Shown here piece after piece: positions 18,558 to 28,000 of a DNA stretch of 64,000 nucleotides. Position 1 is the first letter of the stretch, and every line of letters starts with the position of its first letter. Below the pieces are notes generated by a model that did not search any database, had not been told where the DNA came from, and was given only the letters and a program-made list of their open reading frames with translations. Source of the stretch: a virus. The position numbers were made by a program, and so were the translations under genes. Location: the IMG/VR virus record IMGVR_UViG_3300035704_000002, positions 32,001 through 96,000 of that record; one strand, given 5' to 3'.

Positions 18558-19070
18558 TTACCGTCGATCGATCAGGTTCGGGTTGAAGTGGGGGTCCGAC
18601 TCCGGCGCGGCCTGGTGGCCGCACGCCTGACACTTCTCGCCACCGTTGCGGGTGGAGTGGTCGCAGCCGGGCAGGATCTCGCCGGCCCGGTGGCGCCGGT
18701 ACAGCTCACGCAGCGCGATGAGTGAGCTGATCATCTCATCCAGCCCGCACACGTGCAGGTAGTCGACATCGTCCGGGTTGTCCCGCCAGCTTTGTGGATC
18801 ACCGGCCGTCGTGGTGTTGCCGAACTCCCAGTAGTGCATGCACCCGATGATCTGCGCCGCGCGGGCGCCCGTCGGTGTGGCCGCGTTCAGCAGGCTGCCA
18901 TCCTGTTTGGTCACCACCCACTGCTCATCGGCGTGCGTGGCGATCGCGGCCAGGACCGCGTCGGCCCACTGGGCGGCCCGCTCAGGCGCCACCGTGCCGC
19001 CATCGTCGCCGAGGAGTTCGGCCACGGTGGTGGCGATGGTGTCGCGCAGGAAGTGATCATCGGATTCCAC
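18558..19070 (-). CDS. Hypothetical protein
   Basis: GTG 7 nt after TACGCT; C-terminal C..H..CQACG. Confidence 0.55.
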   Translation of the reverse strand: MESDDHFLRDTIATTVAELLGDDGGTVAPERAAQWADAVLAAIATHADEQWVVTKQDGSLLNAATPTGARAAQIIGCMHYWEFGNTTTAGDPQSWRDNPDDVDYLHVCGLDEMISSLIALRELYRRHRAGEILPGCDHSTRNGGEKCQACGHQAAPESDPHFNPNLIDRR

Positions 19071-19192
19071 GCCGACCAGCGTAGGACGCGCCGGGGGCGC
19101 TCGTGCGCACCTGGGCGCGGCGTACCCGACCAGCCGCAACGCCCCGTTACCCTCGCGCTCGTCCGTGATCGTGGGAGTGGGAGGTGCCCGGC

Positions 19193-20800
19193 GTGGCGCA
19201 GCGGCGGTTCCTACCCGCGCTCCGGCGCATCTTCGCGCCCGCCCTGGAAAGCAAAGGTCTGCCCGAGCAGGTGCGCGCCAGTTCCCAGGCGTACCTCGTG
19301 CCTGGCGTCCCGTACTCGCAGAACTGGTCCACTCAGCGTGCCGTGCGCGAGGCGTACGAGCCGAATCCGCTGGTGTATCGGGCGATCGAGGTACTGGCCA
19401 CCAACGCGATCAGCCAGCGCATCGTGTTGCGCCAGGGTGACCCCGAGGAAGGCCCGATCATCGACACCGCGCACGACCCGACGCGGCTGCTCTACGTGTT
19501 CAACCGCCGCGCCAACCCGTGGGAGACCGCCAGGGTGTTCCGTCACCGGTTGGTGGCGCAGTGGCTACTGTCCTCACGCGGGCTGTTCGTGGAGATCATC
19601 CGCACACGCGGCGGCGGCATCGCCATGGTCAACCTGCTGGACCCCGACCTGGTCGACATGATCCCCGACCGGACCGACCCGATGCACGCCTTCCGGGTAC
19701 GCACCCCGAACTCCTCCACCGGATTCGACTACCTACCCCGCTTCGATCCGGCCAAGACCGCGCGCGAACAGCCCGCCTCCATCCTGTGGATGCGCAACCC
19801 GCACCCGACTGTGGCGTGGCAGGGCATGAGCCCGGTGCAGGCCGCCGGCCTGCCGATCGACCTGGATCGTTACGCCCGGCTCTACAACCGCCGATTTCTA
19901 CAGAACGACGGCCGGCCCGGCGGCCTGCTCTCGATCAAGGGTGTCGTGGCGCCGGCCACCATGGAGCTGATCCAGAGCCAGTTCATGGGCGGCCCCGACT
20001 CGGCCGGCCGTACCACCGTGATCAACGCCGACTCGGTGTCCTACGCGGACACCAGCGGCTCGCCCCGTGACACGCTCTGGGGCGACACGATGGACCGCAA
20101 CCGGCGCGAGATCTGCACCGCGTTCGGGGTGCCCGAGAGCGTGCTGGGCGACGCGTCCGGCCGCACCTTCTCCAACGCCGACGCCGAATACGCGATGTTC
20201 TGGGAACACCGCATGCTGCCGCTGGTGCGGGCGCTAGATGACCAACTCGACATCCTCACCGAGATCATGGGGCCGGATGTCTATTTGCGTCACGATGTGT
20301 CCAAGGTGTGGGTGCTGGGTCGCTACCAGCGCGAGCACGAGGACCGTCTGGCCGCCGACCAGCAGGCCGGCTACCGCACCATCGATGAGGTGCGGGTGGC
20401 CAAGGGCGAGAAGCCCCAGAACGTGCCCGCCACCCGCGTGCTGTGGATACCGCCGGGCAAGCTCGCCGTGGCCGACGCGAGTCGTCCGCACGACGCCGAG
20501 GAAGCCGCCGCCGCGCCGATCGGCGGCCCGGTCAACGCCGGCTCGGCCGGCTCCGGCGCCGCTCAGGCCGGCGTCAACCACCTGTCCGGCTCGGGCTACA
20601 GCGCCGGAGACACCGACTATCTGGGCAGCGGCAAGGGTGGCGGCGGCAACTCCGACCTGCGTTTGCTGTCCGGCTCCGGCGGCGGCCGGGCCGGTGGCGG
20701 CTTCGAGAACATGGGCGAGATCGACCCGGACGAACTGGAGGGTAAGCAGAGCGGCCCGCGACGCTGGGGCTCCCCCAGTGGAGCCCGCATCGCCGGTTAA
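19193..20800 (+). CDS. HK97-family portal protein
   Basis: VYRAI..LA, GMSPVQAA, FLQNDGRPGG, EICTAFGVP..LG..TFSNA, TIDEVR; SD GGAGG. Confidence 0.93.
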   Translation: MAQRRFLPALRRIFAPALESKGLPEQVRASSQAYLVPGVPYSQNWSTQRAVREAYEPNPLVYRAIEVLATNAISQRIVLRQGDPEEGPIIDTAHDPTRLLYVFNRRANPWETARVFRHRLVAQWLLSSRGLFVEIIRTRGGGIAMVNLLDPDLVDMIPDRTDPMHAFRVRTPNSSTGFDYLPRFDPAKTAREQPASILWMRNPHPTVAWQGMSPVQAAGLPIDLDRYARLYNRRFLQNDGRPGGLLSIKGVVAPATMELIQSQFMGGPDSAGRTTVINADSVSYADTSGSPRDTLWGDTMDRNRREICTAFGVPESVLGDASGRTFSNADAEYAMFWEHRMLPLVRALDDQLDILTEIMGPDVYLRHDVSKVWVLGRYQREHEDRLAADQQAGYRTIDEVRVAKGEKPQNVPATRVLWIPPGKLAVADASRPHDAEEAAAAPIGGPVNAGSAGSGAAQAGVNHLSGSGYSAGDTDYLGSGKGGGGNSDLRLLSGSGGGRAGGGFENMGEIDPDELEGKQSGPRRWGSPSGARIAG

Positions 20801-23261
20801 CGGCCAAGACCTGCCCGCCATCGCGCCCGCCGACATCACCACCACCGAAGCCCATCCCGCCCCGGCGCCCGGACCCGATCGGGAAGCGCTGGTGCTGGCC
20901 AGCCGGGCACGCATCGACGCCGCCCAGGCCACGATGACCGGCGCCCTGGATGGCTACCTGTCCCGGCTGGACGGCGTGGTCACCTCGCGCGTCAGGGGGC
21001 CGCGTGTGCGCAAGGGCACGCGCTGGTGGGGCGAGAACGCCAAGAGCCTGCACACGCCGATCTCGCTGGGCGGCGTGACCGGCCTGGAGACCAAGGCAGT
21101 GGACACCGGGTACGCGCTGCCGGACAAGCTGGTCGCCGAGGCGGCCGACGTGGCCCGCCCGATCGCGCAGCGAATCGCGCACGACGCCGCGCTGGCCACC
21201 GCCCGGTCGCTGAGTGTGCGTGTGCCCGGCGATCCGGCCGATATCTCGTTCGCGGTGGACCATGTCGCCCTGGAGCAGGCCGTGGATCGGGCCGTGAGCC
21301 GCGTCCAGGCGGTCGCCGACCACCACGCCACCCTGATCCGTGACGCCATCGGCCACGCCGACGCGCACGCCGAAACACTGGACGAACTGCTGGGCCAGGT
21401 GCAGGCCGCGCATGCCCAGGGCGCCGCCTGGGTGCGCATGGCCGGCCGCGCGGTGACCAACGGCCTGATCCAGGATGTGTCCACCGGGCAGGCGCGCGCC
21501 CTGGGCGTCACCCACGCGCAGTGGCTCTGCGTTGCGGCGGACACCAGGGTTTGGGCGCCAGGCGCGATCAATGTCGCTCAGCGATGGAGTGATGAGGGAC
21601 TACTTCGGATCGCGACAGCGCGGACGGTAGGCACCAGAAATATCCTGTCCGTCACCCCGGATCACCCGCTCCTGACTCAACGCGGTTGGATTTCGGCGCG
21701 CGAGATTCACCCAGGAGATCGACTCGTTCGCAGCGCCTTCGCCCAGAGGGAATCGGGGGGTAACCCACACATAGAGAATCTTCCAGCCAAGATCAGCGAG
21801 ACGTTCCGCGCGGCGGCGCAACTTCGCCCGACCGAGCGGATTATGCGCGTTGCGCCATACTTCGATAGCGACAGGCGCGGCAGCTATGTCGATGTTGTAC
21901 CGATCGACAGCGAGCTGCGGGACTGTCTGCAATCCGCGTTCCATGAGCCACGCGCTCAACTGCTGCTCACCCTCTCCGACCTTGACTTGGAGGGCTTGCT
22001 TGAGCTTCGCTCGTTCCGCCACCACGGCATCAGGTTGGCGTCGTCCAACGTTGAGTCCCGCCAGAAAAACGTTGCGCCCAGCAGTAATGTCGACAGCCTC
22101 ATGAGCGATACGGTTGAGACCAGCGGCCGAGTGGCTCCGCCAGGTGATGCCACGCTCCGTTACGATGAGCTTGATCATTTTGAGGGAAGTGTCGAATTCG
22201 ACCGCCAGTGCTCGCGCGGCACGCCCCGCGACGTATCCGGCGACGATGCCTTCCTTGTCCAGTACGCGACGGTTCCAGCGCAGCGCTTGCGCGGCCCTGG
22301 ACTGCTCGGTAGCTTCGGGGTGAGTCGCGAAGCGGATACGAACGGCTTGCTCGGGGGATCGCAGGACACCAATGTCGCGCAGCCTTCTCCTGATGGTTTC
22401 CGCGCTGACTCCCTCCAGAGTTTCCGCGATCTCGCGGGGCGATTCTCCGATTTGGTAACGCTGGACCAGGTTGTCGATGTCGAGTTCGATCCGACCCCTT
22501 GTCACGTGTACGACCTCCAGACGGAAACTGGCTGGTTCGTAGCCGATGGTTACGTCGTACACAATAGTCGCCGTGACGAACACGTGCGCCCCACCCACGT
22601 GCGGGCCGACGGCCAGGTGCGCGAACTGGGCGCGCCGTTCCGAGTGGGCACGGTCGACCTCGCCTATCCGTGCGATCCGGCCGGACTACCCGACACCTGG
22701 CCCGAGGTGGCCGGCTGCCGATGCGGCCTCCTGTTCCGCGCGCCGGCCGCCGACCACGCCCGCGCCCTGGGCACCCTGTCGACCACCCGGCCCAGCCGCG
22801 CTGGGCCGGGTGCGTTGGCCCTGCTGGCGGCCGTGGCGGCTGGGGGCATCGCGGTACACGAGGTGGCCGCGCCGTTGGGGGTGGCCGGTGGCCCGGACGG
22901 CGCGCCGCCACCATCCCGGCAAGTCGTGACCCACCAGTCGGTGGTCGGCTACCGCGCGCTGGAGCAGGAGCTGGCGGTGACGCCGGGGCAGTGGCTGCGC
23001 CTGCCCGGCCCGATCGTGCTGGGGTTGAGTGCGCCGAGCCTGTTCGCCGAGGGCGCGCCGGTGCTCTCGGTGCTGATTCCGGCTGGCGTCACGCTGACCG
23101 TGGCCGGCGGCCTGGCGGTACTGGCGGCCGGCACGGCGCTGGAAGTGCTCTCCAACGGTCCGACCGGCGTACAGGTGCAGGTCGCGGCACCGCAGGCGTC
23201 CTACTCGAAACCTACTCGAAACCTTGCCGCCACGGACGCGATCACCGCGCCGGCCACGTGA
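20778..23261 (+). CDS. MuF/gp7-like minor head protein containing an intein (start uncertain)
   Basis: Removing the intein restores QWL|SRRDEHVRPTH..ADGQ...CRC, the MuF motif. Confidence 0.85.
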   Translation: MEPASPVNGQDLPAIAPADITTTEAHPAPAPGPDREALVLASRARIDAAQATMTGALDGYLSRLDGVVTSRVRGPRVRKGTRWWGENAKSLHTPISLGGVTGLETKAVDTGYALPDKLVAEAADVARPIAQRIAHDAALATARSLSVRVPGDPADISFAVDHVALEQAVDRAVSRVQAVADHHATLIRDAIGHADAHAETLDELLGQVQAAHAQGAAWVRMAGRAVTNGLIQDVSTGQARALGVTHAQWLCVAADTRVWAPGAINVAQRWSDEGLLRIATARTVGTRNILSVTPDHPLLTQRGWISAREIHPGDRLVRSAFAQRESGGNPHIENLPAKISETFRAAAQLRPTERIMRVAPYFDSDRRGSYVDVVPIDSELRDCLQSAFHEPRAQLLLTLSDLDLEGLLELRSFRHHGIRLASSNVESRQKNVAPSSNVDSLMSDTVETSGRVAPPGDATLRYDELDHFEGSVEFDRQCSRGTPRDVSGDDAFLVQYATVPAQRLRGPGLLGSFGVSREADTNGLLGGSQDTNVAQPSPDGFRADSLQSFRDLAGRFSDLVTLDQVVDVEFDPTPCHVYDLQTETGWFVADGYVVHNSRRDEHVRPTHVRADGQVRELGAPFRVGTVDLAYPCDPAGLPDTWPEVAGCRCGLLFRAPAADHARALGTLSTTRPSRAGPGALALLAAVAAGGIAVHEVAAPLGVAGGPDGAPPPSRQVVTHQSVVGYRALEQELAVTPGQWLRLPGPIVLGLSAPSLFAEGAPVLSVLIPAGVTLTVAGGLAVLAAGTALEVLSNGPTGVQVQVAAPQASYSKPTRNLAATDAITAPAT
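21528..22565 (+). mobile_element. Intein 1 (346 aa), no recognisable in-frame nuclease
   Basis: Block A CVAADTRV, block B TPDHPLLT, block F VYDLQT, terminal HN followed by Ser. Confidence 0.93.
21600..22505 (-). CDS. HTH-repeat plus DUF559/Vsr-like endonuclease, antisense inside intein 1
   Basis: SD GGAGG 8 nt before GTG; YQIGESPREIAETLEGVSAETIRRRL HTH; E..L..L...PQLAVDRYNIDIA..VAIEV..H..R...L..LGWKILYVW. Confidence 0.85.
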   Translation of the reverse strand: MTRGRIELDIDNLVQRYQIGESPREIAETLEGVSAETIRRRLRDIGVLRSPEQAVRIRFATHPEATEQSRAAQALRWNRRVLDKEGIVAGYVAGRAARALAVEFDTSLKMIKLIVTERGITWRSHSAAGLNRIAHEAVDITAGRNVFLAGLNVGRRQPDAVVAERAKLKQALQVKVGEGEQQLSAWLMERGLQTVPQLAVDRYNIDIAAAPVAIEVWRNAHNPLGRAKLRRRAERLADLGWKILYVWVTPRFPLGEGAANESISWVNLARRNPTALSQERVIRGDGQDISGAYRPRCRDPK

Positions 23262-23565
23262 ACTGACCGGCCTCGTTGCCGTGCACGACCTTCTGCACCC
23301 AGTGGGTATCGGTGCCATCCAGCCACACCTGTCCGTTGACGGGCGTATCCGGGTCGATGGTGCGCGAGCCGTGCGGCAGCCCCCACAGCCGCACGATCAG
23401 CATCGGGAAGACCTGGCCCGGCGCCACGGCGTTGCCTCGGTGGATCAGTTCGCCGGCACCGTTGCGCGCCCGGCGCTGGTGCTCGATCTGGCGTATATCC
23501 TCGACGGTGAGTTGGTAGAGCACGAGTCGGGGCGGATTGGGCAGCGAAGCGTCCTGGGTTCCCAT
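23242..23565 (-). CDS. Conserved small phage protein
   Basis: GN...GQVFPMLIVRLW..VNGQVWLDGTD.HWV...FTWPAR pattern. Confidence 0.7.
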   Translation of the reverse strand: MGTQDASLPNPPRLVLYQLTVEDIRQIEHQRRARNGAGELIHRGNAVAPGQVFPMLIVRLWGLPHGSRTIDPDTPVNGQVWLDGTDTHWVQKVVHGNEAGQFTWPAR

Positions 23566-23671
23566 GTCCGCACGGTAGTCGGACACCTCGATCGTGTCGG
23601 CATGCCGGCCGCGCCGTCGCGCTGGGCTAGATTCACCGCGACGATCACAACTATTACCCAGGAGTAACACG

Positions 23672-24955
23672 GTGGGAGCTGCACCCGAGGTCGCCGACCC
23701 GTGGTCATCCCTGCGTCACACGCTCGAACGCACCAACACCTGGTACACGATGGCGTCGGGACTGGTCAGCGGTGCGCGCAGCCTCTACGCGCACTGGCGG
23801 GAACACAGCACCTTCACCGTGTCGGTGTCCAGCGCCGATCCCGGCTACCAGGACGTGCACGACTGGCTCGTGAACGCCGTACCGCCGGCCCGGCGACGGG
23901 CGCTGATGGTGTGCTCCGGCCAGCCCTATGCCGACTCCTCCGACGCCGTGCCCGCGTCGGACTCGCCGCCGACCGCCAGCGCACCGGTGCGCCTGGCCTA
24001 CGACTCCGGCCACGAACAGACCGTGCTGGTGTCCGGCCGGGCGGTGCGGGTGGCGTTGGCGCGTGGCGAGGACGACAGCGCCGGCTCGGGCGGCATGCGA
24101 CGTGTCCCGCCGGACCGGATCGTGTTCCGATGCCCCAGCCAGGCGGCCCAGCAGGCCGTCATCGACCACCTGATCACGATCATCGGTGACCGTTCGAACC
24201 GGCGCCGGACACCCCAACTGCACGTGCTCTCCTCGTGGGGCGGCTGGACGCGCCGTTCCGACATCCCGCCGCGCAGCCTGGAATCGGTTGTGCTGCGTGC
24301 CGGCCAGATGGAGGAGTTGATCTCTGATCTGGGCGAGTTCCTGAGCGCCGAGACCGAGTACATCCGCAGGGGTCAGCCCTGGCACTACGGCTGCCTGCTG
24401 CAAGGTCCGCCCGGCACCGGCAAGACCAGCATCGTCAAGGCGCTGGCCAGCCACTTCGGCCTGGATCTGTGGCACGTGCCGCTCGGCGACCTCATCAGTG
24501 ACACCAGCCTGTCCACCCTGCTGGCGCAGGTGCATCCGCGTTCCATGCTGCTGCTGGAGGACGTGGACATCTACGCCGCCGCGACCAGCCGCAAGGCCGA
24601 GGCGGAACAGGTGTCGCTCTCGGGTCTGCTCAACGCGCTGGACGGGGTGATCACGCCACACGGCCTGATCATCGTACTGACCAGTAACGAGCCGGCATCC
24701 CTCGATCCCGCGCTGGTCCGGCCCGGCCGCATCGACCGGGTGGAGAACGTCGACCACCTCACCGACGAACAGGCACACCGGCTGTTCGTCACCTTCTACC
24801 AGCAGCCTGCGCGGCTGACCTGGACCATCGCGCCCGAGACCGCCAGCGCCGCCGTCATCGGCGTGTTCAAACACCACCTGCGCGACCCGGACGCGGCCGA
24901 GCGGGCGCTGTGCCGCGCACTGGCACACCAGCCTCCGCTCCCGGTACCGGTGTAG
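23672..24955 (+). CDS. BCS1-like AAA+ ATPase
   Basis: R.LESVVL, GPPGTGKTS, LLEDVD, SLSGLLNALDG, LDPALVRPGRID; SD AGGAG. Confidence 0.9.
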   Translation: MGAAPEVADPWSSLRHTLERTNTWYTMASGLVSGARSLYAHWREHSTFTVSVSSADPGYQDVHDWLVNAVPPARRRALMVCSGQPYADSSDAVPASDSPPTASAPVRLAYDSGHEQTVLVSGRAVRVALARGEDDSAGSGGMRRVPPDRIVFRCPSQAAQQAVIDHLITIIGDRSNRRRTPQLHVLSSWGGWTRRSDIPPRSLESVVLRAGQMEELISDLGEFLSAETEYIRRGQPWHYGCLLQGPPGTGKTSIVKALASHFGLDLWHVPLGDLISDTSLSTLLAQVHPRSMLLLEDVDIYAAATSRKAEAEQVSLSGLLNALDGVITPHGLIIVLTSNEPASLDPALVRPGRIDRVENVDHLTDEQAHRLFVTFYQQPARLTWTIAPETASAAVIGVFKHHLRDPDAAERALCRALAHQPPLPVPV

Positions 24956-25011
24956 CCCCGGATCACCCAGTCGGCGAGCCTGACCGAGAAACCCCGCCGC
25001 ACGCTGCCACG

Positions 25012-28000
25012 ATGTCGCGCGTGGCGAACCGAGACCCCGAAGCAGACGGCCCGCGCACCTCGGGCATGGTGGCGCTGATGCCCACGGCGGCCGATGCCCA
25101 ACGTCTCGCCGTGGACGGCGGCGAAGACCCCGACCAGTTGCACCTCACGCTGGCCTACCTCGGTGACAACGCCACCGGCCTGCCGCCGGAAACCCAGCAG
25201 GCACTCCATCAGGTGATGGGGCACCTGGCAGCCGAGACACCGCCGGTGGACGCCCGCGCCGCCGGGCATCTGCTGCTGAATCCCGACGGTGGCCCGGACG
25301 GTGACCGCACGCCCGTGGCGGCCTACCTGATGTCCGACTCCGACGCGCTCACCCCGCTGCACGAGGCGGCGAAGGCGGCGGCCGGCGCGGCCGACCCGGC
25401 CCTGACCCAGTTCTCGCCGTTCATCCCGCACGTGTCCGGCGCCTACGACCGCGACGCCGGAGCGCTGGGCTACGCCGGACCGGTCAGCTTCGACCGGATG
25501 CGGGTAGCGATCGGCGACGGGCACACCGACTACCCGCTGACCGGCCCGGCGTCCGGGGGCACCGATCCGGATGCCGACGGCGACATTGATGACGGCACCG
25601 GCGTGAACACCGACGACGACCCCACCGTGGGCGATGACGGCGCCAGGTCCGACAAGCCGGAGGGCAAGTCCGTGATCAGCCTGGCCGAGTTGGTGGAGCT
25701 GGCCGAACTGACCAACCTGGTGAGCGAAACCAAGGGCGACGCCCCCGACGGCGGCAACTCCGACGCGCCGCCCCACTCGATGCCCGACGGCAGCTACCAG
25801 ATCAACCATCCCGGCCAGCTCAAGCAGGCCATCAACGCGCTGACCGCCTACCAGGTCGCCAAGGGCAAGCGCGGGGCGCTGCGCAAGCATGTGATGAAGC
25901 ACGCCGCGCGATTGCACGCGCAGAACATGGTGCCACAGTCCATTCAGGACGAAGGCGACGACGACCCCGACGCCAAGAAGGACGCCGCGCCGGAGCCGGT
26001 CGAGACGAAGAACGTCGTGGCCACCCAGGCCGGCGTGGCCAGGTACGGCAAGCCGATCGGGACCGTGCTGGGCGCGCCGCGTGATGCCGCCGCCGCGCAG
26101 GCGCAGAAGGACACCGGCGCGGTCACCGCCTACCAGGATCTGCTCGCCGGTAACACGCGGAGCGTGGAACCGCTGAACACGATGGACCCCAGCAGCCTCG
26201 AAGCACTCACGCGCGTCGCCTACAGCTACAAATCCTCCGATCCGAAGGTCGTGGCACTGCGCGTGCAACTGGCCAACGAGCTGGCCAAACGCGGCCTGAA
26301 GGTCACCAGTTTCGGCGCCCTGGGCGGTGGCGGACCGACCAAGCCCGCCAGGGGCAAGGCGCCGGTCAAGCCGAAGGCGCCCGCGAAGCCGGCCCCGACT
26401 CCAGCGCAGGTTGCCGGCGCGCGCGGCGTGGCCGCGCCGCACGTCCAGGCCAAGGGTGATCTGGACGTCACGGAGGTGGAGTACAAGACGAAGTACACCG
26501 CTGATGACCGGCGCACCATGGCCAAGAAGGGGCAGGCGCTGCCGGATGGTTGCCTCTCTGGTGACACGTTGGTGGCAACTCGCAATGGCTCCGTCCGCAT
26601 TGACGCCCTCCCGTCTGAGTGCGAATTGCTAACTGATCACGGGTGGACGCAAGCTACTGTCTGCGGATTTGGAGTACAGAAACTGCGAGCTGTTGAACTG
26701 TTTGACGGTGTGCGAACCGAGATCGTCCACGCTACGTCAGGTCACAGATGGCTGATTGATGGTGGCGACTGGAGACTCACAGACGATCTGATCGTTGGCG
26801 ACCGCATTCCCCATGTTGATGTATCGAGCAATGATTTCAATGCCGACCTCGTCAACACGGCCCATCAGCGTATTGCACGTAAGGCAAAGCAGACCCCGCA
26901 CCATTCCAGTGCGATGGTCGTGATCAACCTGGAAGCCGGTCCATGTACGACCGGTACGAGTGTTGGCACGATTGATCTTCGGGATGCGATGACAGATAGC
27001 ACACAGGCCGCGCTGACTGGCAAGAAGTGCGTCGAACTCCGCTTGTCCAATGCTGTACTTGCGCCGCAGCATTCCATCTCGGCGACGCATCCAGCGCTCA
27101 TCGGCAACATCCACCCGTTCAGCGCTGGTGCGTGCTCTGTTTTGGCAGCAGAAACGGCAGTCGGTTCGCCGACGCTGATTGCGGATATAGAAATCGGTAT
27201 GCGGTCGTTCGGCGCCGCAGGTGCGGCAGGTGACAAAACCGACATAGCCGACTGGTACACCCTTGGCGTAAACGGACACGGTCATCCCACGAATGCTACC
27301 CGTTCGTGGGAGGTTGTGGGTATCAAAGCCACGCGCCGCATCGAGGAGGTTTTTTGCGCACTGGTTCCAGACTTGCACCGGTTTGTACTAGCCAGTGGCG
27401 TTTTGACCGGAAATAGTTATCCGATCATGGACCGGTCCGACCTGGACTCCGCGATCCGACTACGCGGACGGCACAGCGAATACTCCGCCGATACGGTCGT
27501 CAAGCACATCGTCAAACGCGCCAAGGCGATCGACGCCACCGACATGCTGCCCGACGGCATGGCCGCCGGGGTGCAGGAGAAGCAACTGTCCTGGGACGGC
27601 GCGCCGGACGCGTTCACGGCCGGCGTGCTGCTCGGCCTGTCCGGCCTGGACACCGACGAAGCGCTGGAGCTGAAGGCCGGCCCGCCGGGACACACCTTCG
27701 CCTCGCCCGACCCGAACGCCGCACGGCTGCGCCGGTACTGGGTGTTCGGCAAGGGACGCGCAAAGATCAACTGGGGTGTTCCGGGCGACTTCGACCGCTG
27801 CGTCGCGGAACTCACCAAGTACGTCGGCGACCGCGCCAAGGGCTTGTGCAACATCTACCACCGCTCCGCGCTCGGCGTCGCGCCCGGCCAGGAGGACAAG
27901 CCCGGCCACGCCGTCGCCAAGGCCGTGGGTGCCATGGTGGGTGCCAAGAAGTCCGAGGACGACGAGACCGAAACCAAGGCGCTGACCGCGTTGTGGGTAC

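Noticed and set aside
20238-20777. N-terminal 180 aa of the 1007-aa ORF
   Set aside because: Overlaps the portal in another frame with Arg/Pro-rich shadow composition; real start is probably near 20778, though a portal-MuF frameshift is not excluded
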